From the NCBI GenBank assembly GCA_010093605.1, contig MU004185.1:951334-1015333 (forward strand): a stretch of 64,000 bases of DNA, given 5' to 3'. The DNA is from Lophium mytilinum (lineage: Eukaryota). This document shows, piece by piece, positions 25,031 to 37,782 of the stretch (positions within the stretch are counted from its first letter, which is position 1; each line of letters opens with the position of its first letter). The notes below the pieces were generated by a model. It ran no database searches. It was not told the DNA's origin and saw nothing but the letters and a program-made list of their open reading frames with translations. Position numbers and translations under genes: made by a program.

Positions 25031-25470
25031 TTGATTGAAACCGGATCTCAGCGCGCCACGACCACCATGGTGGCAGAAGCCGAAGATTTTTGATGGAGAC
25101 GAGGGTTCAAGGTACCGAAACCATGTATACGAGGTGGAGAAGTTATTGATTCAACACCCAGAATCCAGTGCACCTCCGCCATGGGGCGCTGACGGCGCAG
25201 GTTTCGATCGAGACCAGACCCCAACGACCCTCCACCATCAAACTCTAAGAAGTTTGACATTGGTCCAACACCCAGGGCCAACGTCCCACCACCATCAATC
25301 CTTGAGAACCTGGGTGAGAACCTGGGTTTGATCGAGACCAGAATCCAACGACCCTCCTCTATCGAGACTTTTCTGGCGAGATTTTGATCCACCCTCTCCC
25401 CTCCGCCACCATCAGGGTCTGCAATGAACACTTTTGATCCAGCTCCCAGAAACCCTGATTCCACCCTGCT
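25031..25470 (+). repeat. Degenerate non-coding tandem array, ~56-bp period, 8 units, alternating A/B subtypes
   Basis: Units start TTGAT/TCGAT/TTGGT at 25031, 25090, 25146, 25204, 25260, 25328, 25384, 25434; most carry a downstream CCAT(C/G). The 25204 and 25328 units share gatcgagaccaga..ccaacgaccctcc. Confidence 0.7.
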
Positions 25471-27266
25471 CCTGCCCTGCCCTTCAGAATTCCAGAAGAT
25501 GAGAGATGTTTTATACCCGAGCAAGGGCAGAGGTCACGTGGATTACACATGACTTTCCGGTTTCCACGTGCCCGCCTTCTCCATTCTCGCCACGCCGTCT
25601 GGGAAAGCGAGGAGAGAAGGGAATCACGAGACAGTCACATGCTTTCTAAGACGCTTACTAAGCGGGTGGACTGGGGAGTATATCTTTCGCCTCCGAGGCC
25701 GAGAGGTGATGCAGAGTCGAGGAGGGGTTTGGGGTGTTCGATCAATATGAGAGATGGGAACGAACGATGGGAGAGAAGGGTGTGTCTGTGTTAAACAGGC
25801 ACAAAACTATGACGATATGTCCGCATGGTGGAGACAGTGTGGGTCAGAAAGCTAAGACGAATCTCCCATGGGTGGATTTGATTCGAAAAGGCCAGGACCA
25901 ATATTGCCATGGGTGGAGGAAGGTTGGATCAAAAAAGCCTGCGCAAGACCTGATGGTGTGGATGCTGGGGATTGGTCGACAGCTTATGATGATGAACAGT
26001 ACCATACTCCTATGCTGACGCACTTTTCCATTCGCACAAGAAGCCAGTCTTCCTCCTATATACCCACTACCTCTCTCCACCACCCCACGAAACCGACGCC
26101 AACCAGCATCCCCCACACGCCCCACCCCCGTAAGTTCCTCTTGCTGCCGATCTTTGCTCCTCCAACCCCCTCCTCTCCACCCCATAGGGCCATCGACTGT
26201 GTCTTGTTGATCCCTCCCCTTCCACCCATCATCGCCTGCTCTTGAAGTTTTTACACAGCCATGGGAGCCAGTAGACTAAGTGTTGCCCCCCTCTCCATAC
26301 GAACACGCGATACCGCCTTTTACTCATCAATGAGTGTAGGCGGGGGTAGTTGAACCATCATATACTCTCGAGGCCGATTTTAGTCCTCCACCTGAGTCCG
26401 AATCCGCTCCCTGAGGAGAGACAGATCGGTTGGGGAGGGGAGGTTTTATAGATGCTGTCGGAGGGTGGGCACGTGGATGTCACGGGAATACAGCGACGCC
26501 AGCGGTGAGGGAATAGCGAATAGGCCAAAAAGGTAGCCGTAAAGATGAGATTTGCGGTATGAGGCATGAGCGTCACTTTTGCAGACTGGAAACCAGGTCG
26601 TTGTTATGAGGTATGTCGATGGAATTGAGGGGCTCTTCAAAAGCTGCATATAGAGGTGCACATGGGATAGCAATATGTCCAATGCGGAAGTCTCGAGAAA
26701 AGAGAAAGTTGAGGGAAGAAAGTCAAGCCATGTCACTTTGAAAACACCGGCTCCTGCATTGAAAGTGTATTCCGGCATGTTTTGAAACCCCTAAAAGTTT
26801 GACGAGGGCCACACTGTTTGTAATATGGCACAACCTCACTGTTGAATTCACTCGGCAGGAAGACCCTTCAAGATGATTCTCGCATTGCGCTCAACTAATA
26901 TCTCGCCACCAGACTCCCTTCTCGAGATTTATATACATGCGTAGCTTGACATCCGCCTCTTGCTCAGATCCTATGTCGAACCTACTTCTCGCGCCGTGCC
27001 ACCATAGCGCTCCAATTCCTCTTGATAGCGACAAACTTGACCGCTAAATAATCCTTTTGTGCGTCGCTTACGCGCTCGCTCGACGACGATGATAATGTGC
27101 TGTCAATGACTCGTCAACGCCCGCTAAATTTGAAGCCGATCAAAATGAGACGCCCCTTAACCTAAGACTCCAACAAAAGAAAGAACTGCCTCCAAAGTCC
27201 AATACCCGTGCCGCTGACAAGAGAAAGGATGCGATTTTGGCAGTGACGAAAACAAAGGAAATATGA

Positions 27267-30200
27267 TCACGAAGCCAACGACTGCTCGGACCCTAAAGAC
27301 ACGAGATTAGGAATCAGCGATCCCCTCTCAACCTTGAACGGTTGATCCGCCGGCCGTTTCTCCTTCCCCAACCCCACGAAGAACTCGCACACGAACTTCA
27401 GCTTTCCCCCAGGATAGTCAAACACGGTGATGACATCGCCGCTGTACAGTTTGCCAAACAGCACTCGGCCCTTGCCATCGTCCCGTTTAAGGTGGACGCC
27501 GTTGACCGAGATCCCGTTCGAGCTCCACGTGGTGATGCCGGTGTACAGCCCGTCCAGCTTAGTCCAGTCGATGCCCTTGGCTTCCAGCTTGCGGCTGTCC
27601 TCGTGGCCCTCCACGTGGAAGTAGATCTCGAAGGCTTTCTTTGGCACTCGCGAGTCATTCTTGTTGGCATACACGATGGTGTTTTCGGGGTGCCGGCCCC
27701 AGGAGTTGTTCGACTTATCGAGCTTTAGGACGAGTTGGGTAAAGGAGTCTGTTGACGCCATGAGCTTGCCTAGGCGCGGCAACGGGCGCAGAAACCCGGA
27801 ATCGGAAGAAAGCGCGGGAACAGAGACGCTGGAGTCGTCATCTAGGTTGGGTTCGGCCTGGGAGTCGTGGGAAGGGAACACCATGGTGTCTGGAATCTTG
27901 GACTCGCTGGCTGCTGCCTCAGCTTGAGCGACGAAGTCGAAGCCGCTTACACGAGATGCATACTCAAGAGTGTGCGTGGCCGGGTCGGATGGATCGTAGT
28001 AGCACGACGGAGTTTTTTGGATCCCTTGAATCCTCCGGTCATACTTGGCCTTCGGTGTGACCTCGCTGACCGACTCTCCAAGCTCTAGCGATGAGTGTTG
28101 CGGAACGTTGGGGGTGGTCGGTGTTGTAGGCTCGCTCTCCGTACCAGCGCCCGAGTTTGGTGACTGTGGCGAGGTCATGTTCAGTTCTCGCACCATGGAC
28201 TCAGCGCCGAGGAGACTAGGTGAGGACACCCCTCCGTCTAGTTGAGGCGGACGATGGAGGCGAGGAGACGACCGGCGAGCAGCTCCATTGGAGGATTCGG
28301 GAATAGAGAGCGCGGCATTTGCTTGAGTGCCTAGGAGACCTGAGCTGCGCAGTGCTCTCTGACTAATTTCCCCAAATAGCCGGTTTCGTCCTTGTGTAGT
28401 TTGTCCTTGTGTAGTTCCAGGAGTAAGAGGGGCATAATGGAAGCTATCCTGCTGGGGTTCCCCATCCTCCTCTTCGAAACCGGATTCTTCTAAGTCCCTA
28501 TCCCGAGTCTGGTACCGTGGGAACAGATTGTCGGGTCTGACGCGCTTAGAAGGGGGTTCTGGATCAGGATCAAAGAACTCGGCCACCTCGTCGTCATAGG
28601 CTGCATCTGCCTCCTCGTTGCGGCTTTCTGATTGGAACTGCTCTTTGATACTAAGCTGGGACAATTCCTCAGCGGGATCTTCCTCTTCTTCCTGGATGTT
28701 GTCCAAGCGTGCTTCAGGTCTGTCGATGCCATCAGCCAGCCAAGGATGTCTCAAGCACTCCAAATCCGTCAGGCGAGCATTCGGATCTACGTTCAGCATC
28801 TTTAGGAGCAGATCGATGCACTCTTCGGAAACACCGACCTCTCGCAGCGGCACGCCGTCCAAAGGTGTGTTCATGATGACGTTGAACATGGCCGATCCAC
28901 CACCTACTGCTGTACCCGCAAAGGGTGGGCTGCCGCAAAGAGAGCTCCACAGAACGCCAGCAAAGGACCAAATGTCGACGGATTGGCTGTATTCATTGTG
29001 GGTTTTCTTGTTGCTACCACGTGAACGTTTCCTCCCTTGAGCTGATAGCCACTCCCTGTAATAAGGATAGATTTCTACAAGATTGTTAGTAAAAGCGCAA
29101 CCTTGCATGTCAGACTGATGAACTTACCTGGAGCGCACCACAGGAGAGTTCCGCAGAACGTTTTGAGAAAGGTCTCGTTGTTCTTGACCAGTTTAGCAAG
29201 CCCAAAATCGGCAATCGCTACAGTGAGAGGCTTCTCAGACTTGATCAAAATGTTGTCAGGTTTGATATCACGGTGCGTGATATTCTTTTGGTGCAGATAG
29301 ACAAGCGCGCTGAGGACCTGACGCGCCATCATCTTGCCTTCTTCTTCGGAAAGGCGGCCATTTCTCTCGATGTAACCGGTGAGATCGCCATACTCGATGA
29401 GTTCCATCATGATGTAGAGATGAGAGCCGAAGTCGTGAAAGTCGATGTACTGGACAACATTAGGATGCCGTAACTCCTGCATGATCCGCATTTCATTATC
29501 GATCTTCTGGTCCATCTGCCCATTCTTCATAATGGCCTTCTTTTCGAGCTCTTTGGCAGCGATGGCGAATCCTTCGTTTTTAGTGGCAAGTTGGTAGACT
29601 GTTGCAAAAGCACCTTTTCCTAGCATACCTATGACAAAATTAGCTTTGGTAGTTTTGAACAATATTGGGCGCTTACCGACGACGTTGTATTTCTCTCCGC
29701 CGTTCCAATACATGCCGAATGTCGTTCTACCCTGCGCACTGGCCTTGAAGTGCTTGGCTACTAAGCGGGTTGGCATCGGTTTACCTTTCGTACGGGCTTC
29801 GTTTATTGCGCACCGGTTGACGTAATTTCGGAATTTCTCGTCGTAGGCTTCTTCGTGGCCTTCTCTTGAAGGAAATCGAACAACGAACTTGACCAAATCT
29901 TTGTCTAAGGTGCTTTGGATGCAAACAATCGATCCTTGGTCTAGTACACGTTGTGTAGGGTGGTGATGTGGGTCTCTGCATTTCAGAAGTACATCGTCCA
30001 CCACGGTACCGTTTGTCGACGTATCCTCAAGCATTAGCATGGAGTTTGTGTTGACAAATATCCGAAAGTGCTTGTTTGACGTCCGTTTAGCAGAGTCCGC
30101 ACTGAAAACGATGTCGCAGAGTGACGCATTTCTCCCAAAGTAAAAGCCCCCGAATGTGTTGATTGTATGAGAAGACATGCGAAGAGCTAAATCGTTTCCC

Positions 30201-30481
30201 GCAGTCGATTTCTTCTCGCCATCAATGATGATGGTTTCCTGCTCTTCTAAGTCGAGCCCGGATTCAACATTATCAAACGTTGTCAGACCCTCATTCTGAA
30301 GAACGTGTTCGGGTGTATTGACAGCAGCCTCTTGTACAATACGATAAGCTGCTATCGATGCCGGGTGTAGAATGCATAGCACATCCGAAATATCAGAGTC
30401 TTTGAGCCCAGAGTTGTTACGGCCTAGCCTCCGAGGATCGAGGGTTTGTTGCGTTAACGGTTGGGTGAGTTGGCTGTCCAT
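27267..30481 (-). CDS. RAD53: Rad53/Chk2-family checkpoint kinase (SQ/TQ - FHA - Ser/Thr kinase - second FHA-like domain); 3 exons
   Basis: MDSQLTQPLTQQ; FHA motifs FGRN...SNKHFRI...DTSTNGT; GKGAFATV, AAKEL, HRDIKPDNIL, DFG, TFCGT...APE; C-terminal WGRH...SRVPK...SSNGISVNG. Symbol denotes the family; orthology untested. Confidence 0.88.
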
Positions 30482-30873
30482 GTTCGGTAGTGAAAGGTAG
30501 GATCGTTGCGGGTATTGCGGTGAAATCTTGTGCAGAGTGAGTTTGAGCTATGTTGGTGGTGTAGCGCGAGGTTTCGTGGTTAGGCAACTAGGTGATGGGG
30601 GGGTGGTGAGTGACTAGTAAAATTGGGCAATCACTCGTGTCAGGTTAACTTATGTACCGGGAGAACGAGAGCCCGTGACTCCCGCGTGATGGAGTGCGTT
30701 GCGGGGGTAACGAAGCGGCAATGTGATCCTATGAGCCGCAGGAAGCCAGACGGTGAATGAAAGGTACTAAGTCGATCAAAAACACGTCTCTCCTAGCTCG
30801 GCACAGGGTCCAGCTCAGGAGGCTCATTCAAAGTTTGAACTTGAAGAGAACTGGCCCCGGTATTCCAAAATAA

Positions 30874-30879
30874 ACGCGT
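30874..30879. promoter_or_regulatory. MCB-like element (ACGCGT) upstream of the checkpoint kinase
   Basis: aaACGCGTc about 390 bp upstream of the ATG; short motif that could be chance. Confidence 0.3.
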
Positions 30880-31897
30880 CTTAGAGTGCTCAAACTGCCC
30901 GCAATTGATCGCTCAATAACGTCAACCAACGCCCTGCGGTTGGAGGCCGCCCTCTCGCGAGAGAAGAGAAACCTCAGAAGTCTCTCCCTTATACGATTAT
31001 GAAAGTAAAGCTTTTATATGGTCCTTTCGTAGGGCTGTCGAAGGTATACGAGGAGGTAGGAGGGGTCTTTCGCTGAGGGAGAGATCGAGGTTGTCTTCAG
31101 TCGCGGCTGGTACAGGAAAAAACTTCGCGATTACGGGCAGAGACCAGATAGAAGAGCAGCGCGTACTATCTTTATACCTCAAGGTCGGAAGGCGGCAAGG
31201 CAACAGATTGCCTTCTCATCGAGGATCGGTTGAGACGAGAGTGGACAGAGGGGATGCGGTGGAGGATAAACTTGCTGCTATTTGTAAGCCTCGTTACGGG
31301 TGAGTTTGAGGGACGACACATGGGTAAATCGCCTGTTCACTGACCTGTACAAGGTGTTGTTGGACCATACCAATGGTCCTGTGGGGATGTAGGAGGCTTC
31401 AGACAAAATGTCCGAGTCCATGAAGTTCGACGGCCAAGGCGCGGATGCGGGTTCGCGTGGTGTTTTAAGTGGTTTTGGCGGGGCAAGGCTGAACCTTGAA
31501 AATGACTAGTGATAATGTCAGGGGATAGTCCTAAAGCCTTATACTAAACGTGTTTGCACCTGGCTTTGTTTTCTGAGCTATTTTGAATTTGAGGATTTGC
31601 TTTACTCATCTTGCTAGCTAATTCGAACAGGTAAGCGCCTCTGCAGAGTATATGCAAACATAAACATGGGCTTGACCGCAAAGCGATACAGGAGCTATAT
31701 CTGGAAACTTCGAGACATGAGATAATTCCTCCATTTTCTAGGTCACTTAGGCTAGAGAGCTATATAGACTGGTTGTGTATCTATTGAAGCTAGATAACAG
31801 CCTTCCACAGCAAAATGAGAAGCCAAACCCAATGCCACGGGATGCCGCTTCTCAGCCTCACGCTCTTTGCCTCCTGTACCACACTTCCTCCACCAAG

Positions 31898-34094
31898 TCA
31901 CTTCCAGATGAGATCAGGCCCCTTCTTCCTTGCCAGAACCGCAAAGTGACCACCTGTCACCGGTCTCGCACGCCACGTATACTCCAAGCCGACGCTATCT
32001 CCGGTAACATGTACCCGATCGCAGAACGGATGAGTGTTCTTCCCATTCGAGATAAAAGCATATACATCATTGATGTACTGCTTCTCAGTGGCTCCACCTT
32101 CTTCTCCGCTTGCTGCGGCCCAAAAGCCCCAAAACGTGCTCATCCAATCGCCTCGCGTGTCTGCCTGGACGCCGGCTTCTTTTCGTGCAGTAGGGTAGAA
32201 AGCGTCCTCCATGTCAACGGCAGACTGCGGAAACGTCTTCAGGCCCAGTAAGACGTCGGGGTAAAGGTTGAAGGCGGTCGAGAAAGCGTAGTCGGCGCAG
32301 TCGTGGACATCAGTCGTTTGGAGCGTGAAATGCGGCGCTGCATCCCCACAGCTCTGGCCGATCCCGGTGCCGCTGCTGTTGTAGAGCTGAGACGCGTAGT
32401 ACAGGCCTCTATCCGAATATTTCTTGATGCCGGAGAGAACACCAAACGCGTTAAGCGCAACGGCGGACTTGATAGCAAGGTTAGTTTGGCCCGCTAGAGG
32501 GCCTGGTCCGTCGATTGTGCTGAGCTGCGATGGCAAGTAGAGGCCGTTATTCTCGTCGCTGAGAAAGTCGGCATACTTGGTGAGGGTGCTGGTGAATGTG
32601 CCTCCTGAGCCGCTCCAGATGCTATTACCGGTAGCTTTGGCGTACCAGAGAGAGGCGATGAGCACAACACTGCTGGCTTCGACAGGCATATGCTCTTCGT
32701 TTCCATTATCATGGCCGGTAGCGTTGGGATAGGTACCTAAGTCGTGGACGGGAAATGCTTGGTTGGGACCGCCGTTCTTGAGATATCGTAGTTCAGGCTC
32801 GAGAAGGAGGCGAATGTATTCTGGCGCGAGGACGTAAAAAAGGGGAATTGCTGGGAAGATGACGTCCAATGTGTTGATGTCTCCGTTTGAGGAGATTTCC
32901 TTCATAAACACTAGAACGTCGTCTGTATCTGTTGGGGTTGCTCCACCAGGAATGGTCAGCTCGATAGCACCAAACACCTGGCGGACAGTGAGAGCAAGAA
33001 TGTCCCGGTACTTTTCTCCACCCGCATCAATTGCTAGGTCGTGCAGTTTGTTCTCGAACGCGAGCGAGTCTGCACGTGCAGAGGAATGATCGTCCAAAAA
33101 GTGGATGAGGGCCGAAACTGAGTTGGGGTAAACAGATCGGAAGTAGGGTGTCCTGTGAGCGCCCAAATAGTTGATGGCATCCTCGTGATAGTGGCCGATT
33201 GCAAAGGTAACACAGGCAGCTGATGTGACATTTCCCAGATCGTGAGCATAGGCTGTGATAGTGTCGGCTGCCACCGTGGTACTTGCGTTACTCAGTTTTC
33301 CGAAATTTACAAACTGCCCTCGAATCGTATCCCGCTGACCCGCAGAGTATGTGAAGGACTTAGACCCATCACTCTGGCGGGAAGCAAAGACAACGGTGCC
33401 CCATTGAGCTGCGTTGTTTTTCTCTACAAACACTTGGGGTTTGCTGGGCGTCCACTCGTAGATTGACGTTTTGCCAGAAGTGGTTTGCGTTAAGCTTATC
33501 TGAGGGTTTGCATCAAAGTTGCCAGTGAAAGATTTATCGATGGCCGAGTACACCTGCACTGGAACGCCTTTGGATGACGCAACCGTTACCGTAAAGTAGC
33601 TAAACGGCAAACTTTGACGCACGTAGTTCTTCGGATCAACAGGCGAAAAGAATTCGAGAGAGAATTTTGCCGCACCAGCAGTCAATACGAAAGTCGAACG
33701 TGTCGTGGTGTATTCCCCGCTCACTACTGTTGCTGCCACGACATTGGCATCTCCGCCACCAAAGCCAAACAAGCTGTAAGTAGTCCATTTGTTGTTTTCT
33801 TCGACTCGGGCCAAGATGGACCAGCCTAGTTTCTGGCCGGTCCAGAACTCTGGAACGGCAGTAGGAAGATTAGTGGCTAGGTTTCCGGGCAGCCATACTG
33901 TGGGAGTTCCAATCAGCGTGAAGTTTACCGATGAGACGTACAAAGGCAACTATACCCGAGAGATATGGGCTGCGAACTGCGAGCGGATATGAAGGAGGCT
34001 GTATAGGACTGAAAGTGGGGCTTGCACAAGCTAGTGCAAGAATGGTGGTGATTATAGTCAAAATGGACGATATGACAGCCCGCGTCAATCCCAT
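31898..34094 (-). CDS. gtaA: Glutaminase GtaA-like secreted protein (2 exons)
   Basis: Signal peptide then PPSYPLAVRSPYLS / WLPG; RQSLPFSY; FMKEISSNGDINTLDVIFP; HDLGTYPNATGHDNGNEEHMPVE; QTNLAIK; ARPVTGGHFA. Confidence 0.88.
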
Positions 34095-35163
34095 GGCGTA
34101 CGAATAGAGATATTCAGGGTCGCGGCATGGGAGTAGAGGGCAAGTGAAGTTATATGAAGGTAGAGAGTGATTGAAGAAGTATGGAGGTGAAGAGTAGGTG
34201 GAGGCATTATGTATGCCATCACGCCAAACGTATGGCAACATATTAAAGGACGAAGGTGAATGAGCCACAGGATGTTCTGACCGCAGTAGGCGAAGTAAAA
34301 AGTTCAATGGTACAACACCGTATGGCGGAATGCGGTGTTAGGAGCGAGACGTGGGGGGGTAGAGCGCCTAGTTGTGGGATAGACCTTAGATTTCTTTCGT
34401 CTTTCAAGACGAAGTATTGATGCGCAGCACTCCGGTATCTGGGAGAACCTCTTCGAATGCTCTATTCGCGAGTTCAAGTCCTCCATGTGTCGCGCTCGGC
34501 ACTACCTTGACACTGAAAAGAGTTTACCCAAAGCGAAACATAATGGTATACATCTAGTGCTCTCGGTAAAAACTTTTGATGGCCCCTTCGTATTATTGCT
34601 TCAACGTTTCAGCATAGAAAGTAGAACCGAGCTCAGGGAGAAGTGCAATACGGAGTTATTGCAACATCCATAAGTAAGGTTATACAGTGCTAGAAACGGT
34701 TCGCGAGAGTATCAGAATGGACGTTATAGGCACTTGTCGCCGATGTACTGAGATTTGTGTGATGGCGTTGATTGCGGGGATTCAAACGTGCTCTCCGCCC
34801 TTGCATGAACTAGGTGCTCTACGGGTTAGGATAGACGACGTGCGCAAAATTACTACGCGATGCTACACTGTTCATATTGTTGTCAGGCCCTGTGACTGCT
34901 CTTAAGGATCATAGCAAGGCGTCGAAAGGTTTGGCGATAGAAGAGGTGTTGTTGGAGTAAGCATGCAGCAAGAATGCCCAGGTAAAAGCTTTCCCGAGGC
35001 CTCGCGTCCCTCCCATCTAGCGTCTCAGCCTACGAAGGTAAGATCATCTGCTTCATGCAGGTACCGGACGGTAGCCTGATTGCCGAGACGTCGTGATGAG
35101 GTGTTCGTTGGGGTGCTTAGGTGCTCTCCGAATTTGGAGGCCCGCTCTCGACTCTCTTCATTA

Positions 35164-37290
35164 GAAGGGCGCACCGACTCGTGCACGGGACTAGCTCGTG
35201 CACGCTACAATACACAACCGAGCGCCACCACCACTAACTTTAAAAAATCACAACTCCATTAAAAATTATCCAATTCAGCTAGAAAATGGCGGGAATTAAA
35301 GCGGCAATTAAGGAGGCTATTACTGCTAAAGGAAAGAACCTCCAAGCTATTACTATAAAGAATAGAGTCTATTAATTAATACTCTTATAGTAGTACCGCA
35401 GCCTTACTAGATCTAAAGAGAAAGGTTATAATACTTAAAAGTTACTTAATAGCGCTTAATCTAGTGCTCTCCTAGCCTATATTAGCTATCTTATAGCTAA
35501 AGAAATACTCTCTATATATTAAATTCTCTAAAGATTAGCCTTTAAAATCTATAATATTTAGCTAGAAGAAAACTAAATATACTAGTTCTATAAGTAATAT
35601 AAAAAGTAGCTAGATATAGGCTATTTAAAGCCTATTAATTTAGTATATAAAAAGACTAAGTTAGAGCACTACTATAGCTTATATTTTAGGCTTCTAGGTA
35701 ATAAAATTAAGTAATATAATATTAAAAAATATAATATCTATAATATAGATAAAAAGGGCTTTCTTATTAGCTACCTTATAGAATAGTATAGAATTTTTAC
35801 TAAGAATATACTAGAGCTAAAGAATATTATATAGAATAGAAATAGAAAGTAGATTATAGTACTAGTAGCTATCTATACTAATAGAATAAAGCTCTTACCT
35901 ACTCTTATCTATTAAGCTATTTCTAGTAATATTTAAGATATATAGCTATAGGATTTTAAACCTTAAAAATATAGCTATTTCTTTAAATCTTTACTAAATA
36001 GATAGACCTCTTACGCTATTAGCTACGCCTGGCTACGTATAGTGTTCTAAAGAGAGATAAAAGAAAAGGCACGCATAGAAAGAAACTAGCGCCTACTAAT
36101 TTTTAATAGGCACGGCTTATATATTACTTCTTAATTTATTAACTATTATATTAGAAACTATATTCTTCTCTTTATATTTCTACCTTATTCTACGCATAAA
36201 TTATAACTATTAGATATCTCTCTCTTTACTCCTCTTACTATATAGTATAATAAGTATTTAGTATATTTCTAGTATTAAAATAAAGGCTATATAAAATTTA
36301 TAAAAAGAAACTTCTTCTAAGTATTTTAGCTAGCATAGAAGAGTACTATAATATCTAAGAATATAGCCTTAGGCTTTAAAAGAACTAGTATATAACTATT
36401 TAAGCTAGATATTATTTTAAGAGAAATTTAGTATTAGTATAAGATAGATACACTAGAGAAACTTTCTATAGCTAATTTTAGTATAGAAACGTTCTAGAAG
36501 GCTATAGTAAGGATACCTAAGAAGCTACTAAGCTAAAATAACTACTAATTTATATACTATATACATAAGATAGAGGTATAGCTTAAGGTTATTAAAATAT
36601 AGTATAAGGCTATAGCTAGTGCTATTAAAAAGAAATAAAAGAAGAGAAAGAGGTAATAGCCTCTTTTTAAATATATTATATATAAAGAAGATAGATTTAC
36701 TATAATTTATAGTTCTAATAAGATAAAATAGGCATATAAGCTTTAAAAGAAGAAAGAAAAAAAAAAGAAATAGGTTTTTAATACTAAGAAGAATATAAAG
36801 CTTTAAAAGGCTATATATAAAGAGAAATAATAAAAGAAGGTATAGTAATAGGCCTCTTAGTAGTATTAATAGAAGGATTTCTATAAGAAGCTAGTATATA
36901 ATACTAAGAGGGCTAAAGAGATATTAGATAAAGCGGCTAGAGCTACTAAACTAGCTAATTAGTAGCTACTTAGTAAAAGTAGAGCTTATAAGCTATATAT
37001 ACTAAGAAATACAGCTTTAAAAATATAGTATATTATTATAATAGATAATAAGAAGAAAATTAAGGTACTAGAGGCCTTGGGCCGGCTATAGAGAAATAGA
37101 AAGCCCCCTAAGTATCTAGAGGGTCACGTAGTTACTATAGAGTAAAAGAGCGGGTTCTATTACCTTAACTCTGTGCTTATAGAGTTGTATAGAAAGTCTT
37201 GTTGTAGTGGAAAAGCTTATTTTTCCGTGGTGCGTGATTTTCGGTAATGCGTGCACGAGCTAGTCCCGTGCACGAGTCGGTGCGCCCTTC
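35164..37290 (+). mobile_element. Tc1/mariner superfamily (pogo/Fot1-like) DNA transposon, full length, inactivated by RIP
   Basis: Perfect 42-bp TIRs (35164-35205 and 37249-37290, GAAGGGCGCACCGACTCGTGCACGGGACTAGCTCGTGCACGC), flanking TA on both sides, and a very AT/TpA-rich interior with a relic DDE transposase. Confidence 0.96.
35286..37145 (+). pseudogene. RIP-degraded DDE_1-type transposase (3' end approximate)
   Basis: The frame from ATG 35286 has many TAA/TAG stops but retains NIYNIDKKGFLI (cf. NIYNMDEKGFLI), LLIFNRHGLYIT (cf. LLILDGHGSH.T) and LPYSTHKL*LLDISLFTPL (cf. PPHSTH.LQPLDV..F.PL). Confidence 0.9.
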
Positions 37291-37782
37291 TATCATAACA
37301 GGCCAGGTGCAGGCGTACTGGTAATGAAATTGGTTTACTAGGAAGCGCATCTGGCCTTATGAAGAGCTGTAAGTCTACTAAACGCAAAGTTGACATCTGA
37401 TTGGCTTCGGAGACGTAGGACTGTTGAGATTCGGATGCATCAAATGGACGCAGCAAATAAACCAGTTGCATTTCGGGGTAGGCGTCTATAAATCCAGGCG
37501 GGAGATTAGACTAACAGAAAGCTTGGAAGAAGACGAAATGCTTATTTCATGGGTATCAACGCTGTGTTGCGATTGGCTGGCTCGTTACTGGACGGCATAT
37601 TGCTCTACCCCAGGTACGTTAGCTGCGAAACCACCACTACACCAATACGTCATAGCACGCTGCGGCAAGTGTTTCATCTGATAGTTACCCGCGGATAAAA
37701 CCAACCCTTTCTGCACTGCTCCGACGCTGGTACTTTTCGTCTTCCTCGTTACAGTGATTCCCCCGATTGGGCACCATGAAGC

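Noticed and set aside
25031..25470. CRISPR array interpretation of the conserved-head/variable-tail repeat
   Set aside because: Repeats are far too degenerate, there are no cas-like ORFs and the context is a fungal chromosome.
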